Shown: positions 19,994 to 29,619, numbered from the stretch's first letter. The stretch is DNA of 35,988 nucleotides from Myxococcota bacterium (GCA_039208735.1 JBCCQY010000093.1:1-35988), one strand, 5' to 3'. Numbers and translations: made by a program. Notes: generated by a model not told the origin, from the letters alone.

Positions 19994-20560
19994 TCACGAT
20001 GCCGCCTTCTCTTCGTCGGTCACGGGAGTATGGGTGTAGTCGGCGAGACCTTCGAAGCTTTTCGGCGGCGTCCAGTTCGCATCGAGGGCCTCGGTGGCCA
20101 CCCACATCATCATGTACACCTTGAAGGCCTCGAGTTCGTCGAGCGGCTCTTCTTGTTCTTCTTCTTCCTTGCGGATGAACAGGGCATAGAGGGCCTCGTC
20201 GAGAATGTGGGCCTGGGCCCTGGGCACGGACCGGGCCCGAGAGACGAACCCATCGTCAACCGGAAGCAGCGCTTCGACCTGACCTGCGACGCGCTGCTCG
20301 GCACTTCGCAAGTCGTCCCAGGTCGCTTTCTTGAGGCGGCCCCCGGCCAGGTCGAACATGCGCACGATGACCCCAACGAGGTACATCGCGACCCCCGCCG
20401 TCATGCCTTGCAGGTGCGCGGCGTTCTCTTCAACGTGGCGGGAAATGCGGCGCTGGTCCTTCAGAAGCCGGGTAATGGCTGCCTGATGGCCCTCGGGGGT
20501 CTCCGACATGGCTTCGGACCACCCGTGGACCTGTTCGCGCGGCAGTAGGGGATTGCCCAT
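19994..20560 (-). CDS. Hypothetical soluble helical protein
   Basis: 188 aa, GC3-biased codons, GGAG before ATG, packed in an operon-like arrangement. Confidence 0.7.
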   Translation of the reverse strand: MGNPLLPREQVHGWSEAMSETPEGHQAAITRLLKDQRRISRHVEENAAHLQGMTAGVAMYLVGVIVRMFDLAGGRLKKATWDDLRSAEQRVAGQVEALLPVDDGFVSRARSVPRAQAHILDEALYALFIRKEEEEQEEPLDELEAFKVYMMMWVATEALDANWTPPKSFEGLADYTHTPVTDEEKAAS

Positions 20561-20597
20561 GAAACGGTCTCTCCAGTGAGCGAAGACGATAACGCGG

Positions 20598-21731
20598 TCA
20601 CCAATCGGCTTCGTGCAGAGAGATCTCGTAGGCCTCGCAGGGAACGTGACGGGGAAGCCGACGCCTCACTGTCCGCACGTCCCCCGAAGGCACATCGATG
20701 ATGTCGACTTCCCACTTGGTATCGCCACATCCAATAGCCGCTGTGGCCTCGAGCACATCGCGACGCGAAACGGCCTCGAGGCTGACTTGCACCTCGACCC
20801 GCCCTCCCGGAAACCGGGTGAAGGTGGCCGACAGTTCACTAAATGGCTTCACGTCGAGCTTGCGATCGAACGTCTGCCGACGCGTGAACACCACCTCACG
20901 CCGGTCCGCATCGATGGCGAGGTTGAAGGCCCCTGCCACGTTCAATCCAAGCAGCCCCACGGTGTCGTCGCTGGCGCAGTCGTCGCACGTGGCGATGGCC
21001 ACTCCTTCGAGGCGAAGGTCGCCAAGCCACACTTCATCGAGCAACACAAGCTGGGCTTGGCGCTCGCCGTTCGCGGTGTGCAAGCGGATCACGGGGTCGT
21101 CGGGGCCGGGCACGATGCCCAACTCCCCCAACACCGACAGCGGAAGCGTGGTGTAGGTCGCACCCGTGTCGAACATCATGTCGACTTCGATCTCACGACG
21201 AGCGTTGGTGAACACCACCGGCACCGTCATGCGGCGTCCTTCGCCCTCGTAGGACAGCACCATCTGGTCGTCCGACAAGGGCACGTCGGTGACGGGCGGC
21301 GGCGGCTCTACGTTCAACGGACTCGCTTCGGCGACTTCCGGAGACGCGACTTCAGGCTCCTCCGGGAGCGACTCCGCGATCTGGTTGGGAAGCTTGTCCG
21401 TGCTGCCGATGCCCGCTACCGCGAGACCTGTCGCGACCGCCTGCCGGCGCTCCCCAGGAAAGTAGAGCGGCAAGACGGCGATGAGCAGCGCGCTCCAGAT
21501 GCAAAGCGCCGCCCCAAGCCACAACGAGCGTCGCTCCATGCGGGCCAACGCCACCGCGACCGGGGGGAGGAACGTCAGCAGGGTGGCTGACGTGCTGATG
21601 AGCACCGGCTCGGCGTGCCGGTGCACGCCCAAACCGATCAGCATGAAGAATGGAAGCAACGAGACCAACGCTCCCATCACACAGAGCACGAGCGCTACCG
21701 CCCGCCACAGCCCCGACTCCGAGGTCGCCAT
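20598..21731 (-). CDS. Membrane-anchored retropepsin-like (clan AA) aspartic protease
   Basis: Likely start ATG 21731 (GGAGG upstream); three N-terminal TMs; 'MMFDTGATYTTL', 'TANG', 'GLLGLN'. Confidence 0.85.
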   Translation of the reverse strand: MATSESGLWRAVALVLCVMGALVSLLPFFMLIGLGVHRHAEPVLISTSATLLTFLPPVAVALARMERRSLWLGAALCIWSALLIAVLPLYFPGERRQAVATGLAVAGIGSTDKLPNQIAESLPEEPEVASPEVAEASPLNVEPPPPVTDVPLSDDQMVLSYEGEGRRMTVPVVFTNARREIEVDMMFDTGATYTTLPLSVLGELGIVPGPDDPVIRLHTANGERQAQLVLLDEVWLGDLRLEGVAIATCDDCASDDTVGLLGLNVAGAFNLAIDADRREVVFTRRQTFDRKLDVKPFSELSATFTRFPGGRVEVQVSLEAVSRRDVLEATAAIGCGDTKWEVDIIDVPSGDVRTVRRRLPRHVPCEAYEISLHEADW

Positions 21732-21807
21732 CGAACGTCCGCCTCCGCTGCCCAATCGGTAACGCGACAACGAACCCGAATGGACGCGGCTGACGGGCTG
21801 CGACGAA

Positions 21808-22584
21808 TCAGTTGATGCCGGTCGGCTGGTCAAAGCCCCCGAGGACTTCGAACGCATCGACGTCGCCGCCATCGATGCGCTGGGCCGTCACGCTAAACTC
21901 GCGGGTGCAATCATCGTTCACCCGAAGGGTACACAGATCTCCGTTGTCATCCGGACAATCGTTGTTGAACTCCTGATTGAACACGAAGTTGCCGCCGTAG
22001 CCTCCGGGCGGTTCGACCCAGTCGAGGTAGGTGTCGGTCTCCAACATCTGTGTGGCGGTCGTGCCTACGACATCCGGATCCCACTCGTCGTTTTCCGCCA
22101 GCTCCAAGAGGAACTGGTCTCGACGCGTGAAGCTCCCCGAAAAGTTGGGGTCTTCTTCGCCAACCGGGCGAAGCACAATCGTCTGTTCAATGGCCTGTTC
22201 GAACAACCGGGTGTGGACGTAGGTCTCGGCCTCGCGCGTCTCGTCAAACCGCTCGTTGTTAACGGACGAAACCTCGATACCACCGTTGTCGGTCTCGGTG
22301 CCGGTGAGCACATCGCCACGGTAGTTCATGAGGACGGTGCCGTCCTCGCCTTTCGTGACGAACGCATAGTCGGCGCCCAGGGTCTGTTCTTCCGTGATCA
22401 TCCGCTCGAACGCATTGGCACTGCCCGCGGGCCGCGTGTTCGCCATGTTGCTCGAGATCTCGACATCTGGACAGATCGTCGCGGTTTCGATGACTTCAAG
22501 CCAGAACACGTCACCACTAAACGGCGCCGGCGCCGGCTCACAGCCGATCGCGAGCAACGCCGCGGGGATCAGGTAGCGGTTCAT
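21808..22584 (-). CDS. Acidic lipoprotein of unknown function, tandem copy 1
   Basis: ATG 22584 after GGAGG; MNRYLIPAALLAIGC lipobox; colinear with 22814-23587. Confidence 0.8.
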   Translation of the reverse strand: MNRYLIPAALLAIGCEPAPAPFSGDVFWLEVIETATICPDVEISSNMANTRPAGSANAFERMITEEQTLGADYAFVTKGEDGTVLMNYRGDVLTGTETDNGGIEVSSVNNERFDETREAETYVHTRLFEQAIEQTIVLRPVGEEDPNFSGSFTRRDQFLLELAENDEWDPDVVGTTATQMLETDTYLDWVEPPGGYGGNFVFNQEFNNDCPDDNGDLCTLRVNDDCTREFSVTAQRIDGGDVDAFEVLGGFDQPTGIN

Positions 22585-22724
22585 TACGCCTCCATCGGTG
22601 CCTGCCGCACCACACCGGCCATTTTCCGCCGGAGCAGTGGCCAACCCGAGGCGCTTCCCGCCATACCCGGTGCGAACCGGCACCCAAACCTGGAGGATGC
22701 GGCTGCGAACTGGACCCTCCCCCA

Positions 22725-22779
22725 CGTCAGGAAAGTGTGGATTCCGGGGAGGGCCGTCCAACGATCACAAATCGTGACG
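22725..22779 (-). promoter_or_regulatory. Conserved upstream element, copy 1
   Basis: + strand CGTCAGGAAAGTGTGGATTCC-N16-CGATCACAAATCGTGACG; repeated at 23729-23783. Confidence 0.65.
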
Positions 22780-22813
22780 GACAGATTGCGCTTTCGTGAA
22801 GAAGGCGCGTCCG

Positions 22814-23587
22814 CTACGGAACCCCTTCGTCCTGGTTGAAGTCGACCAGCGCTTCGAAGGTATCTACGTCCGCACCCTCAATGCGAATCGCGGTGACCGC
22901 AAACTCCCGCGTACAATCGCTGTTCACGCGCAAGCTGCACAGATCGCCGTTGCCATCAGGACAGTCGTCGAAGAACTCCTGGTTGATGACGTTGTCCTGC
23001 TGCGGACTCGGCTGAACCTCCCAGACCAACCAATCATCGGTCTCGGGCATCTGTGTGGCGCCCGTTCCCACCACATCCGCGTCCCATTCGTCGTTTTCAG
23101 CAACTTCGAGCAGGAACAGATCGCGCCGGCTGTAGCTTCCCGAGAACGACTGGCTGTCCTCGCCCCCTGCGGGACGCAAGATCAGCGTTTCCTCGACCGC
23201 CTGTTCTTCGACCCGCGTGTGAATGTACGTGTCGCCTTCGCGCGTCTCGTCGAGGCGCTCGGACTGAGCCCAAGACACCTCGATGGCGCCATTGTTCTCG
23301 GTTCCGCGAAGTACCGCATCCCGGTAGTTCACGAGGATGGTGCCATCCTCCGTCTTCGTCACATAGGCATAGTCCCCACCCAAGGTGGCTTCCTGCGTGA
23401 TCGTGCGATCGAATGTGCCATCCACTCCAATCGGATTCGCATTGGTGATGGATGTCGAGATCTCCACGTCAGGACAGATCGTGTCGGTACTGACCAGGTC
23501 AATCCAGAACACGTCGCTGCTGAAGGGTTCGGGTGCCGGTTCACAGCCAATCACCATCAGGGCGAGCGGAATCAGGGTCCGGTTCAT
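22814..23587 (-). CDS. Acidic lipoprotein of unknown function, tandem copy 2
   Basis: MNRTLIPLALMVIGC lipobox; shared blocks 'TICPDVEIS', 'AENDEWD.DVVGT.ATQM.ETD', 'CPD.NGDLC.LRVN.DCTREF'. Confidence 0.85.
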   Translation of the reverse strand: MNRTLIPLALMVIGCEPAPEPFSSDVFWIDLVSTDTICPDVEISTSITNANPIGVDGTFDRTITQEATLGGDYAYVTKTEDGTILVNYRDAVLRGTENNGAIEVSWAQSERLDETREGDTYIHTRVEEQAVEETLILRPAGGEDSQSFSGSYSRRDLFLLEVAENDEWDADVVGTGATQMPETDDWLVWEVQPSPQQDNVINQEFFDDCPDGNGDLCSLRVNSDCTREFAVTAIRIEGADVDTFEALVDFNQDEGVP

Positions 23588-23728
23588 GGCGCCTCCTTCG
23601 GTGCCGGAGCACCGCCGCCGGCCATTGTCCGTCCTGATTCCGTCAAGCCGATGTGAAGGAAGCGTCAGGTCCCCTATCGGTCAGTCCAAACGCTGGAGGA
23701 GCTCGTTCGTCACTCGCCCGTGCACCCT

Positions 23729-23783
23729 CGTCAGGAAAGTGTGGATTCCACAGCGCTGACCTTCGCGATCACAATTCGTGACG
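23729..23783 (-). promoter_or_regulatory. Conserved upstream element, copy 2
   Basis: CGTCAGGAAAGTGTGGATTCC-N16-CGATCACAATTCGTGACG, with the same spacing as copy 1. Confidence 0.65.
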
Positions 23784-23795
23784 AACCTGTGGCGC

Positions 23796-24440
23796 TCACG
23801 TCGCAGCGGACATGAGGTGCTGGGTGTCATTGCGGCGCACTTCCTGGGTCGAAACACCGCGGTAGCCAAGCTCGGTAATGGACGCATTGGCAATACGGGT
23901 TTTCCATGCGGTTGAGCGATCGAGGTGGCCCCAGCCCGCAAGCAACGACGTGATCACCACCCCATGGCACACCACCCAAGCCGTTCGGCCTTGCGCTACC
24001 ACCTCACGTTCGAGCAGCGCCGCCACACGGGCAAAGACATCCGCCTGGGATTCTCCTCCCGGCGAACGGAAATTCCAGTTGTCCTCATCGATCACGGCTT
24101 GCTGTTCGACGGTGTAAATCTCGGAGCGATCCCGTCCCGTCCAGCGTCCTTGATCAAGTTCTTCGAGTTCGGAATGGGTCGCAAGGCGGGTCAGGGACGC
24201 TTGCGCGGTCTCAAGCGCGTACCGAGCCGTCTGCGTCGCCCGCACCGCGGTCGAAGCGAGCACCAGGTGGTCAGCGGCCAGGGCCGAGCGCCACAGCATC
24301 CCCAACGCCTGCGCCTGCGCTTTGCCTTGTTCGGTCAGTTCGGCCCAACTGCTTCGCCCCCCCACGAGGTGCGAAGAATGCGCGTTGAACTCACTCTGCC
24401 CATGCCGCACGAGCAGCACGCGAGGTTCGTCATTCCCCAC
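23796..24440 (-). CDS. Histidine phosphatase (phosphoglycerate mutase) family protein
   Basis: 'LLVRHGQS', 'LTEQG..QA', 'RATQTA', 'PGGES', 'VVCHG', 'N.SITEL'. Confidence 0.92.
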   Translation of the reverse strand: MGNDEPRVLLVRHGQSEFNAHSSHLVGGRSSWAELTEQGKAQAQALGMLWRSALAADHLVLASTAVRATQTARYALETAQASLTRLATHSELEELDQGRWTGRDRSEIYTVEQQAVIDEDNWNFRSPGGESQADVFARVAALLEREVVAQGRTAWVVCHGVVITSLLAGWGHLDRSTAWKTRIANASITELGYRGVSTQEVRRNDTQHLMSAAT

Positions 24441-24622
24441 CGGCCGTGTCCCCCTTGTGCCGTACGTACATCGGTCGTGCCCGTCAACCTTGTGGCCGGT
24501 CCGCAGCGAAGCTCTGCTTCATCGAGGACAAGGAACGAGCTTGCCATTCGAAACGGGACGAACCAATCTTTGCCGTGGACCGACTACGGCACTCCAGACC
24601 CATGCCCAGTGAGGAACGACTC

Positions 24623-25207
24623 ATGACCGCCCGAGCGACCTGGTTTTCGATCGACATCGAGTGTTCGGGACCCGTGCCCGGGCTGTACGACATGATCTCG
24701 CTTGGGGCCGTGGTCGTCCGCCGCAACAGCGATGCGATCCACATTGGGGACACTTGGTATCGCGAGTTCATCCCTACAGGACCCCGCGTTGATCCCGGCG
24801 CCATGGCCGTGAATGGACTCGACCTCGATGCGCTGAAGGCCCACGGCGTTCCCTTGGCCGACGGGCTCCGTTCACTCAATGCCTTCGTCGCCGAGCAGCG
24901 CACGGCCAATACCAAAGCCGTATTCGTAGGCCACAACGCCCCCTTTGATTGGTCGTTCGTCGCTCACGGTTACGTGCGCTGCGGGCTCACCAACCCCTTT
25001 GGCTACAAGGCGCTCGACACCAAGGCCCTTGCGGCCGGTGTCCTGGGGTTGCATTGGCTCGACTCGAACAAGGAAGTGTTGGCCGAGCGACTCACCTTGC
25101 CGGATGTCGAGCGCGAGAACGTTCACCGGGCGGACTACGATGCGCTGTACCAGGCGCACATCTTGGCCGAGCTGCTCCGCCGAATGCCCTCGGACGCCTC
25201 GCGGTAG
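24623..25207 (+). CDS. DEDDh-family 3'-5' exonuclease
   Basis: 'SIDIECSGP', 'GHNAPFDWSF', 'LDTK', 'HRADYDA'; GAGGA before ATG 24623. Confidence 0.9.
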   Translation: MTARATWFSIDIECSGPVPGLYDMISLGAVVVRRNSDAIHIGDTWYREFIPTGPRVDPGAMAVNGLDLDALKAHGVPLADGLRSLNAFVAEQRTANTKAVFVGHNAPFDWSFVAHGYVRCGLTNPFGYKALDTKALAAGVLGLHWLDSNKEVLAERLTLPDVERENVHRADYDALYQAHILAELLRRMPSDASR

Positions 25208-25263
25208 CTCGGGGGGTTACGAAGCCCCCCCGGGACGGCACACAGCCCGGGTCTGGAGCACCA

Positions 25264-26709
25264 GTGTGTGGCTTTGTGGGAATCATCGCCGATGAGCCGG
25301 TGGCGCATTCGTTGTACGTTGCGCTCGCCGCGATCCAGCATCGCGGGCAGGACGCCACGGGCATCGCCACCCTGCACAATGAACGCCTTCGACTCTACAA
25401 AGACGTGGGGCGAGTCGCCGACGTCTTTACGCCTCAACGTCTTGAGGAGCTGCCGGGTAACGCGGGCATCGCCCATGTTCGGTACCCGACCTCGGGCGAG
25501 GCCATTCGCAACGACTCACAACCCTTCATGTCGCGACGCCCGAGCCTTGCGCTCGCGCACAACGGCAATCTGACCAACCTTGGAGAACTTGACCGCTACC
25601 TCGTCTCTCGCGGAGTGCACTTGGTCTCCGGCTGCGACGCCGAGCCCATCATGCTCATCCTCGCCGACGAGCTTCTTGAGCTGAAACCGACGGGCCATAC
25701 GGCCGACGATCTCGCAGTGGCGGTACGACAAACCATGAAACGACTGCGCGGAAGCTACGCGGTCGTGACCTTGCTCGAGGTCGACGGAGAACGCACGCTG
25801 GTTGCGTTCCGAGACCCCCATGGCATTCGGCCCGCCATGTACGGGCGCGATGCAAATGGGTCCTGGGCGGTCTCTTCGGAGAGTGTCTCGCTCGACGTGA
25901 ACGAGTTCACCGCCGAAGCCGAAGTCCCCCCCGGCACGATGGTCCTTCTTCGACCCCACCGTGATCCGGTCGTGGTTCCTCTCCTCGAAGCGCCCCACAA
26001 GCATTGCATCTTCGAGGACATCTACTTTGCCCGACCGGATTCCTTCATGGCGGGTACACGGGTGTACCACCGCCGCTGGGCCTTTGGAGAGCGGCTGGCT
26101 GACGAGTGGTCCGAGAAGGGACTGGCCGCTGACGTCGTCGTCGCCGTCCCGGACACCTCTCGTCCCGCCGCCCAGGCCATGGCCGAGAAACTCGGACTCC
26201 CCTGTCGCGAGGGGTTCATCAAGAACCGCTACAGTGGCCGGTCATTCATCATGCCGACCCAAGCGGCCCGTGAAGCGACCGTACGGCTCAAGCTGAACCC
26301 CATCGACGAGATGTTCCGGGGACAGCGAGTGATCATTGTCGACGATTCGATCGTACGGGGCACGACGATGCGCCGAATCGTCCAACGGGTCCGGAAGCTA
26401 GAGCCCGCCGCGATCCACGTCGCGATCTTCTCACCCCCAGTGAAGTACCCGTGCTTCTACGGCATCGATATGCCGCTGCACGAAGAACTAGTGGCCCATG
26501 GCGCCGGCGATGGAAGTGCCCTCGAGCAACAACTTGCAAAAACCTTCGGGGCCGACACCGTGACGTTCCTGTCGGATGAGGGCCTGCGCGCAGTCTCCGG
26601 AAATGATATTTGTGCCGCGTGTTTCACGGGGCAGTATCCCATCCCGGTCGACGAAACCGAGCGTGGCGACATCGTTCGGGATCGACGTCCGCAGGTCGCC
26701 TTTCCGTGA
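25264..26709 (+). CDS. purF: Amidophosphoribosyltransferase (Fe-S type)
   Basis: GTG 25264 gives MCGFVG (Ntn Cys); 'QHRGQD', 'HVRYPT', 'HNGNL', PRPP loop 'VDDSIVRGTT'; Fe-S Cys in 'CIFE', 'CFYGID', 'CAACF'. Confidence 0.97.
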   Translation: MCGFVGIIADEPVAHSLYVALAAIQHRGQDATGIATLHNERLRLYKDVGRVADVFTPQRLEELPGNAGIAHVRYPTSGEAIRNDSQPFMSRRPSLALAHNGNLTNLGELDRYLVSRGVHLVSGCDAEPIMLILADELLELKPTGHTADDLAVAVRQTMKRLRGSYAVVTLLEVDGERTLVAFRDPHGIRPAMYGRDANGSWAVSSESVSLDVNEFTAEAEVPPGTMVLLRPHRDPVVVPLLEAPHKHCIFEDIYFARPDSFMAGTRVYHRRWAFGERLADEWSEKGLAADVVVAVPDTSRPAAQAMAEKLGLPCREGFIKNRYSGRSFIMPTQAAREATVRLKLNPIDEMFRGQRVIIVDDSIVRGTTMRRIVQRVRKLEPAAIHVAIFSPPVKYPCFYGIDMPLHEELVAHGAGDGSALEQQLAKTFGADTVTFLSDEGLRAVSGNDICAACFTGQYPIPVDETERGDIVRDRRPQVAFP

Positions 26710-26731
26710 CCCACCGGGTAGGGTGAGGACG

Positions 26732-27631
26732 ATGGCTGTAGGCCGCGAAGTCACCGAAGCACACTACTTGCACGAGCGAAGCGGGCTCGAGGCCGTTCTG
26801 CGTCCGCCCGTGAAGCAACCCACCGCACTGCGTTGGGTGCCTCGTCGTGAGGAATTGCTCGCCGCCACCCAAGAGGGTGAACTGATCAGTGTCGATCCGG
26901 TGTTGGGCACCCGCGTCGTCACCGATGGGCTTGGTGAGACCGCCGTGCTCGATGTCCACGCCGACCAGAAGCGCTATCTCGCGGTCTGTCGCAATGGCAC
27001 GTGGCGAGTGGGCACGTTGAACGGGCAGACCCTACTCAACGGCGAACATGCGTTCGTCGGTGGCATGGGGGGCTTCCTCGCGGACCGATACGCGGTGATC
27101 GTCGGTGATGAACACGGCGTACGGGTCATGCGCATCATCGCATTGTCCGACGGCAGCACGACGGGCCATGTCCGCCTGCCGCCTAAGGTCGTCGGCACGG
27201 TGTCCATCGAAGGGCGGCCGTTGCTCGCCCGATCGACTGCCGCAGGGCTCAAGGTGATTCCCCTCGGCAAGGACCACAGCTTCCCCGCAGACCTCGACAG
27301 CACCGCCCATCGTCTTCGTCCTTCGGGCCAGTACGTTCTTGGCTTCACGAGCACGGGCGTCTGCGTGTGGGGACAGGAGGGCGGAGTGCCTCGCTCCATG
27401 CGATTGCCCGACCTCACCGCCGGCGACATCAGCAAGGATGGCCAGTACCTCGGTCTCGGCACCAAGAACGGGGCCGTCGCCCTGGCGCGCATGGATCGAA
27501 TGGAAAAGCGCATTCGCCCTGATCTCGTTCGCGCCTTTACCGATCCTGTGACCTCGGTGTCGTTCTCCACGAAGGGCCGTTGGCTGGCCACGGGCGCCGA
27601 GGGGCTCCGCATTTGGAGTTGGGAAGACTAA
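26732..27631 (+). CDS. WD40-like beta-propeller protein
   Basis: Likely start ATG 26732; 'DISKDGQYLGLGT', 'VTSVSFSTKGRWLATG..GLRIW'. Confidence 0.7.
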   Translation: MAVGREVTEAHYLHERSGLEAVLRPPVKQPTALRWVPRREELLAATQEGELISVDPVLGTRVVTDGLGETAVLDVHADQKRYLAVCRNGTWRVGTLNGQTLLNGEHAFVGGMGGFLADRYAVIVGDEHGVRVMRIIALSDGSTTGHVRLPPKVVGTVSIEGRPLLARSTAAGLKVIPLGKDHSFPADLDSTAHRLRPSGQYVLGFTSTGVCVWGQEGGVPRSMRLPDLTAGDISKDGQYLGLGTKNGAVALARMDRMEKRIRPDLVRAFTDPVTSVSFSTKGRWLATGAEGLRIWSWED

Positions 27632-27766
27632 CCCTGCCTCCTTTGATTTCGGCCCACCCCTGAGCCGAAAGCGACCGTGGCCGACTCAAGGACGACCCTC
27701 GCTGTCATCTGACGCAGCTCACAGGCGTCTCGTCGCCCGACGACATGACGTGTCGCAACCCCAGGG

Positions 27767-28537
27767 TCAGCGAACCTCGAACGGGTAGACCATCCGGAAC
27801 TCAAGGGGCAGTCGATCGAAAAGGACACTGTCCCGCGACGACAGCAGACCTTGGGTCTCGAACGCGTACATCCCCGGTTCAAGATCTTTTTCAGGAACCA
27901 CCCGGTAATCCGAGCGCTCTCGCAATGGCGTGACCGACACCGGAACCCGACCCGCATCGACGTGCAGATTCACGTTCACTTCGGTCGAACCCAGAGGACC
28001 GGGCAACGCCATCGAGGGTACAAAGGTAAGCCGACGAAGTTCGAGGCCGAGCTGCATGAGTTCGTCTCGCCGTAGCGGCGTATGAAACAGAACCATCGGA
28101 CGCCGCTCCCCCACCGTCACTCGGCCCACGGAGCGAATCCCGCGTACGGATCGCAACGGACTGCCCACCGCCGTCACCGGTTCGGAGGGCAAGGTGACAA
28201 GGTGGTTGTCGCCCACCACATGCAGACCTGGCTCTTCCGGCTCTGGAAGCAGCTCGAAACGCGGCACGTCGTCACTCGTCAAGGAGCGCTCGACGGGAAT
28301 GAACCCCTTGCGACCCACCCGAATGACCGTGGCCGCGAGGGGATCCCGCTCGGGAAGCTCGACGCGGCCACTCGTGTCGGTGTGCAACCGCTCGAAGTGC
28401 CCCTCGACAACGACGCTGGCTTGCGCCACGGGACGTCCCCACACATCGGTGACTCGAGCCGTCGAGAGCGATGCTCCCTCCTGGCATCCAAGACACACCA
28501 CAAACGCCGCCGTAGGGGCGAGCAGTCGATGGACCAT
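27767..28537 (-). CDS. Lipoprotein with a carboxypeptidase-regulatory-like domain
   Basis: ATG 28537 after GGGAG; lipobox 'VCLGC'; 'VTDVWGRPV..ASV......TDTSG' and 'RKGF'. Confidence 0.7.
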   Translation of the reverse strand: MVHRLLAPTAAFVVCLGCQEGASLSTARVTDVWGRPVAQASVVVEGHFERLHTDTSGRVELPERDPLAATVIRVGRKGFIPVERSLTSDDVPRFELLPEPEEPGLHVVGDNHLVTLPSEPVTAVGSPLRSVRGIRSVGRVTVGERRPMVLFHTPLRRDELMQLGLELRRLTFVPSMALPGPLGSTEVNVNLHVDAGRVPVSVTPLRERSDYRVVPEKDLEPGMYAFETQGLLSSRDSVLFDRLPLEFRMVYPFEVR

Positions 28538-28571
28538 GCGAGGTCTCCCGTCGGCGAACGAGGAATCCGGG

Positions 28572-28838
28572 CTAATCGCGGTCGCCGCTTCCGTCGGTCC
28601 GGTAACCCGCCGCCTCGCCCTCGCGAAACCAGTCGTCCAGCTCTCCGTGGTCGACCTCATGAATCGCATGGTCGACGAACGCCACCCAGCTCGTCCACTG
28701 GTGCAGCTTGGCTGCATCTCCTGGATTCGCTTCCTCGTTGAGACGTCCGAGGAGCTTTGGGATCTCGAGGTCGGTCCCCCAGGCCCGACAGCGCACCAAG
28801 AAGTCCCGTACGACCCTCTTCTTGTCGTCCTCGTTCAC
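28572..28838 (-). CDS. Small hypothetical protein
   Basis: 88 aa; GTG start overlaps the regulator's stop (GTGA); plausible helical composition. Confidence 0.6.
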   Translation of the reverse strand: MNEDDKKRVVRDFLVRCRAWGTDLEIPKLLGRLNEEANPGDAAKLHQWTSWVAFVDHAIHEVDHGELDDWFREGEAAGYRTDGSGDRD

Positions 28839-29428
28839 CGCGCAGCCTCGTCGTCGCTCACCTTTTCGGGGCTCTGAGCGGCGGGCTGGGCCTTACTCAA
28901 GGCCCCTCGAATCGGGTCCAACGTGAACATACCCACCTCAGCGAACGACTCGACGAGCTGATAGCCAATGCGCGACAGCCCAAGCAGGCCCTGCAGCCGC
29001 GTCAGCATGAAGGACGCTTCCGCATCGTCCGGGTCGGACTCGAGCAGTGTTTCAAGCACCGCGACGGCCTCCGTGAACCGCTCGACGCTGCGCCCTACGA
29101 GCCGCAATTCGCGTTGGCGAATGATGCGACGCACGATGCCCCAAACATCGGTCTCCGCCTTGTAGTGGCGTTTCCGTGCGCCAGCGAGGACCGCGCGCTC
29201 CGCGATGCCCCACTGCTGGAGTTCAGCGAGCGCCATGGAGACGGCGCCCGTTGAGAGTTGGGTCCGCGATGCAATCTCGTCGGCGGGCAGTGGGGAAGGA
29301 GAGAGGTAGAGCAAGGTCCAGATCCGGCCCATACTCGCCTTGAATCCCCAGAAAGCGATGAGTTCCCCCATCGTTTCTGCAGCTAGATCCACTGCCCGTT
29401 GCCGAGCCTCGTCCGCCGTTCGGGTCAT
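28835..29428 (-). CDS. GbsR/MarR-family transcriptional regulator
   Basis: Likely start ATG 29428; 'WGF..SMGRIW.LLYLS..PL..DEI...QLS.G.VSM.L.EL..WG', 'RK.HY.AETD.W'. Confidence 0.88.
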   Translation of the reverse strand: MTRTADEARQRAVDLAAETMGELIAFWGFKASMGRIWTLLYLSPSPLPADEIASRTQLSTGAVSMALAELQQWGIAERAVLAGARKRHYKAETDVWGIVRRIIRQRELRLVGRSVERFTEAVAVLETLLESDPDDAEASFMLTRLQGLLGLSRIGYQLVESFAEVGMFTLDPIRGALSKAQPAAQSPEKVSDDEAAR

Positions 29429-29534
29429 GAGGTCGCCATAGTAATCGAACTTCCAGCGTGCAAATCCGACCCACCCGGAGAGCAACGGGCCAACCATGAA
29501 TATTGTGGACGGCGCAAAACCCCACAAATCCATA

Positions 29535-29615
29535 ATGTCGTTCTAAGCTGAATACCAGCCAAATTTTCATTGTGAATTGAAGAGACTGACGATACACGGG
29601 GGGTACCAAGGAGAC
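29535..29615. promoter_or_regulatory. AT-rich divergent promoter region with a candidate operator
   Basis: TTCA-TTGTGAAT-TGAA at 29566-29581; AAGGAG before ATG 29620. Confidence 0.4.
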
Positions 29616-29619
29616 CCCC

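Noticed and set aside
23640..23675. GAAGGAAGC / CAGGTCC resembling the SRP RNA core
   Set aside because: The elements are in the wrong order and there is no enclosing long helix.
25208..25234. G6/C7 hairpin between the exonuclease and purF as a terminator or riboswitch
   Set aside because: No U-tract follows, and the gap is too short for a known purine-related riboswitch; function unsupported.
24949..25263. N-terminal extensions in the ORF track (purF; also the ORFs starting at 244, 6765, 30231 and 32149)
   Set aside because: They overlap upstream genes or promoters. Internal starts with an SD restore the family N-termini (e.g. MCG for PurF).
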